This document shows, in pieces, positions 50,101-61,506 of a DNA stretch of 64,000 nt; within the stretch, counting starts at the first letter, position 1; every line of letters begins with the position of its first letter. The DNA lies in assembly GCA_964199315.1 (NCBI GenBank), contig OZ116702.1:13516001-13580000 (forward strand), given 5' to 3'. Both the position numbers and the translations under genes were made by a program. The DNA comes from Orbicella franksi. Taxonomy: Eukaryota. The notes beneath the pieces were generated by a model. That model saw only the letters and a program-made list of their open reading frames with translations, was not told where the DNA came from and did not search any database.

Positions 50101-52661
50101 GGTGGTCCAAGTTAGACGCTGATCTTGAGCAGATTACCCGTGTATGCCTGCAGTGTTCCAAGACATGGAATGCACTACCTGCAGCACCCCTCTGCCCATG
50201 GACATGGCCCTCTGGCCCTTGGAAGAGTGTCCATGTTGATGTTGCCACTTCTGAAGGGAAAAACTACCTTATCTTGGTAAATGCGTACTCTAAATGGCCT
50301 GAGGTGGCAGGACCTATGAGAAGCACTGATGCAGCAGCTACTATCAGTGTCCTTTCCAACTTGTTCACCAGATATGGATTCCCAGAGCAAGCTGTCAGCG
50401 ACAATGGACCCCCTTTCAATCAAAAGAATATGGGGATTTCTTGAGCTCAATGGCATACAGCACGTCTTGGTGTCACCATACCATCCTGCTGCCAGTGGCC
50501 AAGCAGAGCGTTTTGTTCAAACATTCACGAAATTTCTGCAAGCATCAGAAGGAGATGGAACTTTACATCTGCGTGTCCAGAACTAACTTTTGTTGTTCAG
50601 CCCGTGCGGAATTTGAGGAAGGAGGTGATATGTAGTACATTGTATACAGCGGTTATTGCCATGTTCGCGTGCTCATTATGGTATTCTCTTGTGTCCGCCA
50701 TCTTGAGTTGCACGCATGGGTTCTTCCTCTCCAAAAACATAACAGGGGTGATATCACTTACTAAGATCTCCACATAGGCTAAGATCATTGTCTTGCAGGA
50801 AAAAAAAACATACCACAGACAGCTGTGAAAATAAATAATATAACAATTTTCATTTTTGCTTCACAAGATTACTTTGCAAGTGTAAATTAACAGGATTGAC
50901 CTTGTTGCTAATACTGACTAACCTTAAATGATGTACAAAGATTTGAGGATTAGTTCATACTACCCACTGAAGAAAAATAATTTGGGTGAGATCTTTCCAA
51001 TAATGGGCTATAATAAAGATGCTTGAAAAGCATAAAAATTACAGTTAACAGTACTACTTTAAAAATGACACAAGTACATAATATCAGACAAATTTGTATA
51101 ACTGGGCAAACCTTGAACAAATTTAATCAGCGAAAATTGACAATGTTGTCCTTACATGCATTCTAACAAATAATCTCTCAGTCAGCCATGTTGGCATAAT
51201 TTTATAGCCCTAAAAAGATTCCTAACCTTTCTTAAGACAAGTTTGATAGTCTTTCAGACACTGCATCACAAAGTCTCACTGATTTAATATTTTGCTTGCT
51301 TTTAGCCCTTAGGAAATCAGTCAGCATAATTTAGAAGATGCCAATAGCTCAGTGGATGTTTTTGGGGAAGGTATTTTTGGCATTTGCTCCAGAAGATTTA
51401 TAGAGGGATCACTGTTGCTGTAAAGCAATTTAAAGATCGTGTTTCTCTCTAACTTGTTGAGCATGAAGCTTCCATTCTTGCCAAAATGGAACATCCAGGT
51501 AATATGGGTTGTACATAACAGAAATGACTGGAGTGACAGTAATAATAATAATAAGAAGAAGAACTTTATTAAAATCTCCTCAGAAAACCTATTTACAAAT
51601 CTTCACACATTCCACTATCATAGACTAAAATAATAATAATAATAATATATTTCAATAGCGCTTATCCAGATCTGTTCAAAGCGCTTTACAGAAGTAAAAG
51701 AACTTAAAAGAAAGTCCTATGAGATAAAAATACAGAGTACATGCTAGAGCAGGTGGGTAGGGGAGAAATATTGTAACAGCAAAATACATATGGTCATCAT
51801 AATAATATACCAGTAGGCTGAGCAATTATAAACATTAAGGTACTACCATCTGATGCTTGCCCTCCCAGGAATGCTAACTCAGTTTTGTCTGAACTGTTGA
51901 AATAAAGAAAGACAAAAACTCAAGGTAGCTTCCCATGACTTTTTAGTGACTTAAAATTTTGAATTGGTGGTCTGATGTATAAGTGTCATTTACTAGCTAC
52001 AAATGACAGTCCTGGTTCTTGTTAGAATTTAAGTGCCTAATCCTCCAGTACATATGATCTTAATTCATGAATTTATTGTTTTCGTCACATAGGTTTACTT
52101 CTATTGTTTGGATACTGTATTGATTCCAGGCCTTTTCTCCTTATAACTCAATTTCACGGGTTAAAGGGTCACTGTGTGACGTTTACATCTCTAGTACTTA
52201 AACACAACCATCTCCAGAGTGAATGGTGCCGAATCATTTATGAGTGTTCAGATGCCCTAATATACATTCATTCCAAGGGATACCTTCATAATGATTTGAA
52301 GGGTGACAATGTGATAATTAGTGATGACAATAACACTCTACACCCTGTAATAATAGATTTCGGTAAATCAACAACACTGTCCAAAGGGAAACTCTAGAAA
52401 CTCTCACAGAGAGATCAAGACAAGTATAGGAAATACCATAAGCATAAAGCCATTGAAGTCGTCAGAGGAACTCATTCCCAATCTCAAGCAAGTGACATAT
52501 ACGTATGTGGACTTCTGCTGTCTTTGTTGTGCAAACATAAGCCATATGAGGCTCTTCGTAAATTAGCAGTGTGGTGTATTAAGAGAAACCCAGAGAAGCG
52601 ACCGCAAACACAGCAGTTGGCTACCGAGTTAAAAGCACAATATCAAGAGACAAATTTGTAA
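47141..52661 (+). pseudogene. Spliced HTH-like/basic N-terminus plus eukaryotic protein kinase domain gene (Gypsy 2 in intron 1)
   Basis: Exon to 47558 (phase 0) joins 51313-51498 (GEGIFG, VAVKQF, HEASIL), which joins in phase 1 to 52093-52661 (HNDLKGDN, DFG, AIE, SDIY, NPEKRP). Stops at ~51450 and 52395, frameshift at ~51395. Confidence 0.7.
47692..50744 (+). mobile_element. Internally deleted Gypsy LTR retrotransposon, 3053 bp
   Basis: 119-bp LTRs 47692-47810 and 50626-50744 (TG..CA, ~11 differences) and 5-bp TSD GGGGT. PBS-like TGGCGACGAG and PPT GAGGAAGGAGG. Gag (CLSCGKLGH), protease, partial RT/RNase H and integrase remnants. Confidence 0.92.
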
Positions 52662-54358
52662 ATTTCAACACCCTTAACCTTGCTCAAGTAAGCTCTTTTA
52701 TATTCACACAAATAAGCTTTCTCACAAATGCAGTTTTGAGTGACAATGAAGTTAAATATGTATTCCCCATTGTTTCTTCATACTTCAAAAAGTTACTGAT
52801 GGATAGCTTGTTCAATTCACTTCATGCTACACCTTGGAACAGCGTCAACTAGAATGCAGATATAGAAGAGAAACCCTCAATATGATGTGCAAAGTGTAGA
52901 AATTAAGCTTAGCTAAATATAAGTTACATCGATTGAAAAAATAAATGTTTACAAACTGAGCGAGCTCAGTCCAATTAGGGCTCGCTCACACCGCTGTCTC
53001 TGGCTTATTTTAAGAATTTTCACAAAGTTCATATTTTCTAGATTTCAAATACAAGTGAAACCCTTGATAGAAGGCAAACGTATAGAATTTCAGCTTAATT
53101 ATAAGTTAGGAATAAGGTTAAATAAACGCTTACACAACAAGTGAGTTCAGTTCACTTAGGACACGCTCACAGCGTTGTCTTTTTTATGTATCTTACCAGA
53201 TTTTGAAAATTTTCGAAAGACAAAATTCATTTAGGTTATGTTGGGTAAGCTTTGACAACACATAAACTTAAGTTTCTTGTTAAGCACTGAGCATCTCGAC
53301 AACACCATTTCAATGCGATAGAAGGAAAACGTTAATCAAAAGCAATGTCATAAATCACTGGTTACCTTAATCTAGAAGCCATCCAGTTGACCATGGAAGA
53401 CCAGCAAACCAAATGAAGCTAACTAAGACTGGTCGCGAAATAGGTTCAACAAATTCAAGATGGCGTACAAGATGTCCGCGAATAGCATGCAATTTCTAAG
53501 CATAATCTGACGTCACTATAGAAACACACGAGAGTAAACAAAAAGCCACGCGACGCTGCTGGGGGGTGAAAATCTTTCTTGACCCACTCCTTAAAATACT
53601 CAAGGTCGCCAAAGCTAGGCACACTATACAAAGTCTCTTTTGAGCTCTTTTAGGGGCTTAAAAGCAGCCTTTTCCCACGAGGCTTTACACACAATACAAT
53701 TGAACAATGAAGTTTTAGTTGAGTGCAAAAAAAATGGCGGCTAACAAAGTGTCTGAGTTTCGAGGTAAAAACCTAACTAATTTCTGGTACTTTTGCTCTG
53801 GTTTTTACACAACAAGATGCCAAATAGACGGAAAAATCAAACATATGTCGTTAATGTCTATAAAATTTGCTTTTATTTGGTGGTATTTTTGTATTGGTCC
53901 ATGACAACGTCGCTTGGTCCAAGGTATTTAAAGATGAAATACTGTAGTTTCACCACATGCGTTTGTTATTGACCGATCATGCAGACCATGCTGCAGACCA
54001 AATTTCAAGCTGTGTTTACTTTATTCCCTGACAGGCAATCGAAAAGCACTTGGATTTCCTCAAGAAACACTGTAGATTGTGTGGTAAAAGCTTAAAAAGG
54101 AATGGCAGAGAATATGGGAAGGAATTATTCGAAGCAGTTCTTAGTAGAAAGGTTCATGTTAACATAGCAAATACACGACTTTCATAATGGCGGATGGTGC
54201 AAGGACCTGGAAACAATTTTGCATGTAAACGAGGCCACAAAGGCCTCTCGAAGACGTAAACAAAGCGTGTATGAGGGCTTTAGGTTAAGTGTTGCCTTTG
54301 TGCGAAGACAATATCGTCAATTAAGGTCAATTACCGTTTAGTATACAGTACTTTAGAG

Positions 54359-55933
54359 ATGCCTACACATTGCTGCGTTCCAGAATGCACCAAGAAAGGT
54401 TATCGGGAGGAAGACGGGTCAAAAGTGTCGTACTTTCAATTTCCCAGCGAAAACATGTTAAAAAAGAAGTAGATACATGCTATCAGGCGAGACGAAGGAA
54501 AAGACTTTAAAATAAGCGAATCAACAAAGGTATGTTCCAGACATTTCAGAAAAGATTTGAAGAAGACTCTCGCCGGGAAAATTTGTCTCAAATCTGGCGC
54601 TGTACCATCGATATTTTCTTGGATTCGCACGTCGCCTCGCAAGAGAAAGCCACCGACAGAAAGGTACACGTGCGAACCAGTGGCATCAGCTTCCACTGCT
54701 TCTAGCTCAAGCAGATCGAATGCTTCTCTTGAGAGTCTCTCCCGGTTTGAAATGGAAAACCAAATGGAAGTATTGCTTTGACGTGCAGCGATGTTGAAAT
54801 GGAGGCTATGAACTCGAATGAGTTGTCAGAAATGGAATCTTGTGATCATGACTTGGCGGAAGCCATCGCTGACCAAAACAAAAGAATTACAGATTTGGAA
54901 CAGGAAATCGCTGACTTGAAGTCGCAATTACAAAGTGCTCAGCGTCAAATAACAAACCTCATGGAGAAACAATTTACACTTGAAAACTTAAAATCTAAGA
55001 ACAATACAGCACCTTTTTACACTGGATTTAATAACTGGGATGTTTTTGAGGCCGTGTATAATTACCTTCATCCCAGCGAGCGAGGAGAAAATATTGTTTA
55101 CTGGTGCTCTGCCAATGTTGAGGTCTCTGTCGATTATGACCAGGATCTGTCAGAAGAGTCTTTTACCAAAAAAAGGAAGAGCTAGGTCTTTGAGACCAGT
55201 GGACGAATTTTTTATTGTAATGTGCAGATTGAGACAAGGGTTTCACGAAGATCATTTGGCTCACCTGTTTAATGTGTCAACACCAACTGTAAGCAGGATA
55301 GTCATTACATGGATTAATTTTATGTATTTTAAGTTTGGACACATCAACATATGGCCTTCGAGGGAAGTTATAGACAAAACAATGCCTGAAGCATTCAAGA
55401 AAAAATATGGATCAACTCAGGTAATAATTGATTGCACAGAAGTAAGATGTCAAATGCCCAGTAGCCTGCAACTGAATGGAGAACTATTCAGTAGTTACAA
55501 GAACCACACAACACTCAAGGGCTTGGTGGGAATTTCTCCTGGAGGAGCTATTACATTTGTGAACCAGTTGTATACTGGAAGTATCTCTGACAGGGAAATT
55601 GTCAGAAGAAGTGGCCTATTGGATTTGCCCTTTCAAGAGAAGGATTCAGTAATGGCAGACAAAGGATTTACCATTTCAGATTTGCTTCCTTTGGGTGTTT
55701 CCCTGAACCTGCCACCTTTTCTTGGGGGGTCAAATCAAATGCCAGCAGAGGACGTTGTTAAGACCCAGGAAATTGCAAGTCTGAGGATTCACATTGAACG
55801 AGCAATTAACAAGATTAAAAACTTTCACATCTGGGACCGAGTAATACCCCTTCACCAAATTGGTGTTGTCAACCAGATGTGGACAGTGTGTCCATTCTTG
55901 TGTAATGCACAGCTCAACATAATATCAATGTGA
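54359..55933 (+). pseudogene. ISL2EU transposase (THAP + coiled coil + HTH_Tnp_4 + DDE_Tnp_4), disrupted
   Basis: MPTHCCVPEC..VCSRHF..AVPSIF, LRQGFHEDHLAHLFNVS, IIDCTE, YTGSISD, MADKGF, RIHIERAINKIKNF. Stop at ~54470 and frameshifts. Confidence 0.88.
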
Positions 55934-56693
55934 TGGTGACAATGATACATAAAAGTCTTTATATTGACTATTGTATTCTTCTTAATTATTGAGCATTTCT
56001 TATTAAGGAAATTAATGTTACTGTTGAAATAAAAAATGCAAAATTTTATTTAATGCATGTGTGTTATGTGTGTTGTAATAAAAACTGTTAATGGACATTC
56101 CAGTTGATGTAGATTATCAATTCTCTTTATACTTGTTAACATAAAATTCACAGTAATAATGAAGTCTGCATATCTTGCCTATTTTCAAAACATTAAATAT
56201 GTACATAATTTTCCTTGTTCAATGTATGAAAGGTTAAGGCTTTGATCTGATTTACACTTTTGCTACTGTTGCTAGGTTACCGTATGCTTGTTGCATGATG
56301 ACCTGTGTACTGTTTGCAAGAAAGTCGAGTAAAAGAACACTACTTCAACACATCAACTGACTTTGTATTCTCTCTTTCGCCTGGCAGTAAATTTACAAAA
56401 TGCTCCAGTATATATTACAGTGGAATCCTGATTTTTGGAACCACCGAGGGAATTGAAAATTGGTTTGCGGAATCAAAGGTGAAAATGAAGTGTTCAACTA
56501 AGACAGGAAACAACTTGCGGTTTGAGTTATTGCGAGTTCCAATCATCAAGATTCTACTGTTGAGAGATCAGGATTCTACTGTATGAAGTTCATGAGAGAC
56601 AAGAATATTTTCTGGAATGACACATTTCCTATTAATAACAAAGACATAATGGTTACTGAGAGTTTGTAAATTGCATCCACTGAGAATCTGACA

Positions 56694-58703
56694 TCAAGTT
56701 GCACTTGTAGTTACATATTGTAACACCATACAACTGTCAGCACTGACTACCTGACAATTTCCATCATGCATTTTTGCAGATGCAAATTTGATAAAATGTG
56801 TGAAATAGTAAGACAACAACTTTTGTTTAAGGTTTCTCCAAAACATGGGGTCAAATGGTATTCTTTGGACATAAAGGCTCTTACTAGTATAAACTATGAA
56901 ATCACACCATCTTGCTCCAGTTGCTGCCATTTGTCCCTGTACTTGTGCATAATAAGGGTGGTCTTCTTTTAATTTACATTCAGTGTCTGTTGTTTTCTCC
57001 ATGAAAAACTTTGGATCAGAGCAAGCATCCAAGGGTGTCACATGGTGTTTTGTGTAGGGGCATTTTACTTTGGCAAGACCAAAATGATCCACACATCCAA
57101 AGTCAATTACTTGTGCATCTGGAGTTGCTCCAATTATTGGAATGCCTTGAGAGACAACAAATCCACAGGGCAAAACCTTAACTGGTGTTCTCCTGCTGCT
57201 CATAAATTTTTCATATTCTACCAGAGCTACTGGCTCGTACTTTTTCCCATGCTCCAAATATTTAGATGTCACTGGCTTGGGATTCAAAAGTGTCTCAGCG
57301 AAATGTTGATGATTTCGCTGCCGTTTTGAAATAAGATGAAACTTTGAGGCAGTAAATCGGAAAGACCACTCATCTCTCCATTTGGTGCACTCTGCTTGTT
57401 TTCTTGTTTCCTTTTCGGTTGAATTAATTTGCTCTTCATCCAGCCTCAGTGTATCAATGAGCTGCATTTCCTGTTCTGATAGGTTTTCAGGAATTGCCAT
57501 GTTTTCAATGTTCCTTAATGGGAATCATGGAAAATTCAGGCCTTCCTTATTTGGGACTTGCAGTCTGGGGATGCAATCAATTGATGCAGTGGCTTTAAAG
57601 TTTGACTCAGTGACTGCAGTTTGGTAGCACAAGTATGATCCAACCTGACATGGGCCAAATCTGGTGTCCCTGAAGTCATTATGTTCTGTTTCCACATCAG
57701 CCATTTGTGATAGACCCATATTGGGATCAATGTTCCTCAGTGTATTTTTAAGGACCTGTTCTGCATTTTTGTCATGTCCAGTTTTCATTCTTGCTTCATA
57801 CAAGAGGCACTTTAAACCTGATCATGACCTCCCATCATCATCTTTGATTTTGTTTACTTGCACTTCTATTATTGGCTGTGGGGTAATGTTTGCACCCCCA
57901 CCTTTCTTGTGCCATTGCTGCAATTGCGATGTGCAGGCCAAAGGTACATGCTCGTCGTCCTCTTCAGATAAATCTTTTGTGGTGGCACAGTTAAACAATG
58001 AGAACTTGCACAATTTAAACATTAAAGCCAACACATGGTTACAAAATCCCACCTTGCCTGCTACACAAGAACAACACGCACTCCTCACTTCGCCAGATAA
58101 GATGCAAAGGGCAATCTGTAAAGTATGTGGCTGGTCATGCTTTCTAAAGCTGTGACAGCACTTGCTTTTAACAAAAAAATACCGCTGATCACTTGTACAC
58201 TGAATATCCTCGAGATATTCATCATCCAGGAACCGTTTTGCTTTTATCAAGGCTGTTGGGAGGGTGTGGTGTTCTTTGTCAGCGATGGATTTTCCAGACT
58301 TCATGATGTGGCAGTTCATTTCGAGTCTTGTAAACATGGGCATCTTTTCCAGCGAAGTACTCCAACCGTCGACGGGAAATTGCACTGAAACACCATCCTC
58401 GCTCGAAATATTGGTAGTGGTACTCGATCGTTCTTTTCTGCGACTGTAAATCTTATCTGGATCCGGGTCAACAACATCTTTGTCTTTACCCATTCGGATG
58501 TACTCGTGCACTCGTTTCACAAGCTCTGCTTTCGTTTTCAGACCTTTACACGAATCACCACGGCACTTAAGCCACAGTTGAAGTTCTGCGGTTTTTAGCT
58601 CTTCAGGCTTTTGACCGAGGAGAGAAGCACCTGGAATGTCATCTTCTGTGAGCAATATCGCATTTGAAGAGTTACCGTGTAAACCACTCGAAGAGGACGC
58701 CAT
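56694..58703 (-). pseudogene. ISL2EU accessory protein: SAP-like + SWIM zinc finger + YqaJ (lambda-exonuclease-like) domain, frameshifted
   Basis: LQLWLKCRG, CSCVAGKVGFCNHVLAL, FTASKF, HGKKYEP, GATPD, KVKCPY, YYAQVQGQM. Confidence 0.85.
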
Positions 58704-61506
58704 ACTGCAATAAACAAACGTGACGCTTTGAGGCCTTTGTGACCTTGTTTTCATGCTATTATCCCCAGGTTCCGCGCTACGTCCGCCATTATGAAAGTCG
58801 TGTATGATACTACTGATGTACATCCTGAAAAGTTGTGTGCAGCATACAGAGCAAAGTTATATCGGTTAAGTTGTTTGAATGAAGAAGATGAGGCTGTGGT
58901 AGGGATCAAATCAAAGGAGACCTATGGTCAAACTTGTGGATTAAGTAATCTAGAGATGAAACATGTTGACGAACTTGCAATTATTGGTGTATTTTTAAAG
59001 GCTGTTAAAACAAGCGGGGTTCATACAACGCAAGGTCGCACTTATCTAAAGCGTAGGCTTTTTTGGTTGGCTTTCATTGCACACATATTACAGAATAGCT
59101 GGGGTGGCAAAATTGCATTTGAACGTGGAGTGGTAAAGGCTAAGGGTTCCTGGGTCACACAGGACACTCCTGCCAAAAAAATTAATAGACTACTCCCCCC
59201 CCCCCCAACACACACACACACCCAGATCTTGATGTTGATGTTTGTCTGCCTGCTGGGAAGATTTGCATGTATTCAAGTCGTACAAGCTTACAGACCTTTT
59301 TCATTGCACTTCACTCAACGCTATGGGTAAGGTTTCTTATGAGACAGCACTTCTAATCCAATGAGGAACTGCTTGTCTCTATATATATTGCACATAAAAT
59401 ACATCAAAATAGGTAGCCTCTTCTGCAAGCATTTTCAGTGTTGATCCAAAAATCTGTCCACTCATAAACATGTACTCCTACAAGCTCACAGGAGGTTTCT
59501 TTCCCTTTGTTATCTTTTTAATCAGGAAGCAAAAGTGTAAACACAAGACAGGGTAAAAATCGTTTAAGCTTATCAAAATCAAGTATTTGGGAATTTTTTT
59601 CCAAGTTTATGTGCATTTCACATCCCACTCAGAGTTCAGTTCAATATACTAGAATAAACAAGGCAAGTGTAGAGAGCAGATGTAAGCTGTTTAACTTGCG
59701 CAAGAACACTGGCTAGAACGCATGCCAGTGTTGTGAAATTATTCTCAGGGTTGTGGAAAGAGAATTGCTGAAAGCAGCAAAACGACAGATGAACACTAGA
59801 TCACCAACTGGAGATGCTGCAATGCGTCCCAACAGTTACATCGACAGGAATCGACCAGCAAATCATGGCGTTCTTTGTTTCTAGGCAGACAGACAAGTGG
59901 TGATGACCAAAGAGTGTCGAGAGTAACCCCTATTTGTGATCAAATCGAATCTGGTAAGAATATCGACGGAGAACGAACAGTCATCAAAATAAGTTCCTTC
60001 TTTGTTTATGTTGTGATGTTCAAGCTTATGCGTGAGTGATTTTTCACTTTCATGTTGTTTGATGAGTCAACGTCCATGTACCAAAATTAAGTACGTTTCT
60101 GACTAGGTAAACAGAATTTATCCCAACAAAAGTCAGACATTTTTCACAGTTGAAACTCCAGACGTAGAGATCTCCTTTACCCACATGATCAGGACTCAAC
60201 GTGGGAATTAAGTTTTATTATGATAAGAAGAATTCAGTTCAGCACATTGGTCGTATAAGCTCCAAATCATTACCGTTTCGCTGTATTAATTTAATGTCTT
60301 TTTTAACATCCCTAGAAAAGTAGCTGTTTTGAAAAGGCATTATTGAAAAAGTAAAGAAATTCATGAAGAAATCTGAGGAATCATATCATTTTCTTCCAAA
60401 ACTTTTAAGGGGCTTCCCATGTTCACTAGATTCCTTTAAAATGTTGCATATAAATTCAAGTATTTCTTAACCTTGTTTCTAGAGGTTCCCTTGAGAATAT
60501 CCCTCAATTAAACAAACAAGTGAAAAAAAAGTTCCTGGTTCCCTTAAATTTCTTGTTTCTCAAAACCCCTGGGGAAGGAAGTCATTATAACATGCTCTTG
60601 TAATAGAAATTTACCAGTTGTTTGAAAGTATTAGGATATAGCATGAAACATAATATGTAAAGTTAGTATATTTAGTGAGATTTCCAGAGAAGAATATAAA
60701 AATAGGATGCTATGTTGATTGTTCACCACACTAGGTGCTGAATATAACATTTCTGTAGCTTAGTTATTAAGCTCGCCATCCTTGCCATCTTGGCAAGTAA
60801 TAAACATGGTGGACAGTTGCTGAATGAAATTTTTGCTTATTCAAAAGGAAACACTCCAAGTTCAATATGTTGGAAAGCATGGGGAATTTTTAAAATGACA
60901 ACTGTTTCCCTTAAAGAAGATTTCTGGTCCATACTGCTTAGTCTCAGCACCGTAATGTTTATGAATTTATTTTTCGCAGAGTCTTGCTTGCTTGTTTTAA
61001 TTTAATGCCTAACTTTATGAGTAAATTGATTCACAAACAATGTACATTGAAGAAAGCTTTTCGTGGCTGTATATAAGAAAACAAGCGAACAATCGCATCT
61101 GTAGTTCCTTACTGTAGTCCGTTATTTCATAGTTTCTAATATTCACTGAGTACTAAAACAATTATTCACCTTGGCCTTAGTGAACATTGGAATGAAGTTA
61201 TTTTGTATAGTCGGCCTATATTTTCTACGTCAATATTTGGTAACAGTTTCCGTTGATCATTGGTCTGAACGTAGATATTTTACCTTAAAGACGACCAAAA
61301 AACGTGAATAGAGTTCCGCCATCTTGGAAAAATACAAGCTGCGTTACATTGGTCAGCAGTGTGATGTGACGTAGGAACGTTAAAGGGATTTTTCGCGGGA
61401 TCTTTGAAACATGCTCTCTTGCCCGCTCTCTACCTTGCGTTCGCATAGTGTTCATTAGAATATCTGAAAAAGCCTTGCTTTCTTTATATGTGAGGGTTTC
61501 TAGAAA

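Larger units (their letters stand above)
35655..53590 (+). mobile_element. TTAA-flanked Kolobok-type unit, 17.9 kb including nested insertions
   Basis: Perfect 12-bp TIRs GGAGTGGGTCAA (35655-35666) and TTGACCCACTCC (53579-53590), each abutting TTAA (35651-35654, 53591-53594). RR..YY termini fit Kolobok rather than piggyBac. No cognate transposase remains inside. Confidence 0.7.
54173..58803. mobile_element. Complete ISL2EU (PHIS/Harbinger-related) DNA transposon, 4631 bp
   Basis: TIRs ACACGACTTTCATAATGGCGGA (perfect, extending imperfectly to ~60 bp) and AT TSD (54171-54172, 58804-58805). Convergent THAP-DDE and SWIM-YqaJ genes. Confidence 0.9.
54035..59100 (+). pseudogene. Exon encoding a RAG1-N-terminal/Chapaev ('Chapa')-type zinc finger, split by the ISL2EU element
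   Basis: Joining 54035-54172 to 58806 onward gives AIEKHLDFLKKHCRLCGKSL..VHVNIANDTTDVHPEKLCAAYRAKLYRL, i.e. H-x3-L-x3-CRLCG...D-x3-VHP-x3-C. Confidence 0.65.

Noticed and set aside
58791-59330. 179-aa ORF as a standalone gene
   Set aside because: Its ATG lies inside the ISL2EU TIR. The real frame begins left of the insertion and the 3' part runs into low-complexity sequence.
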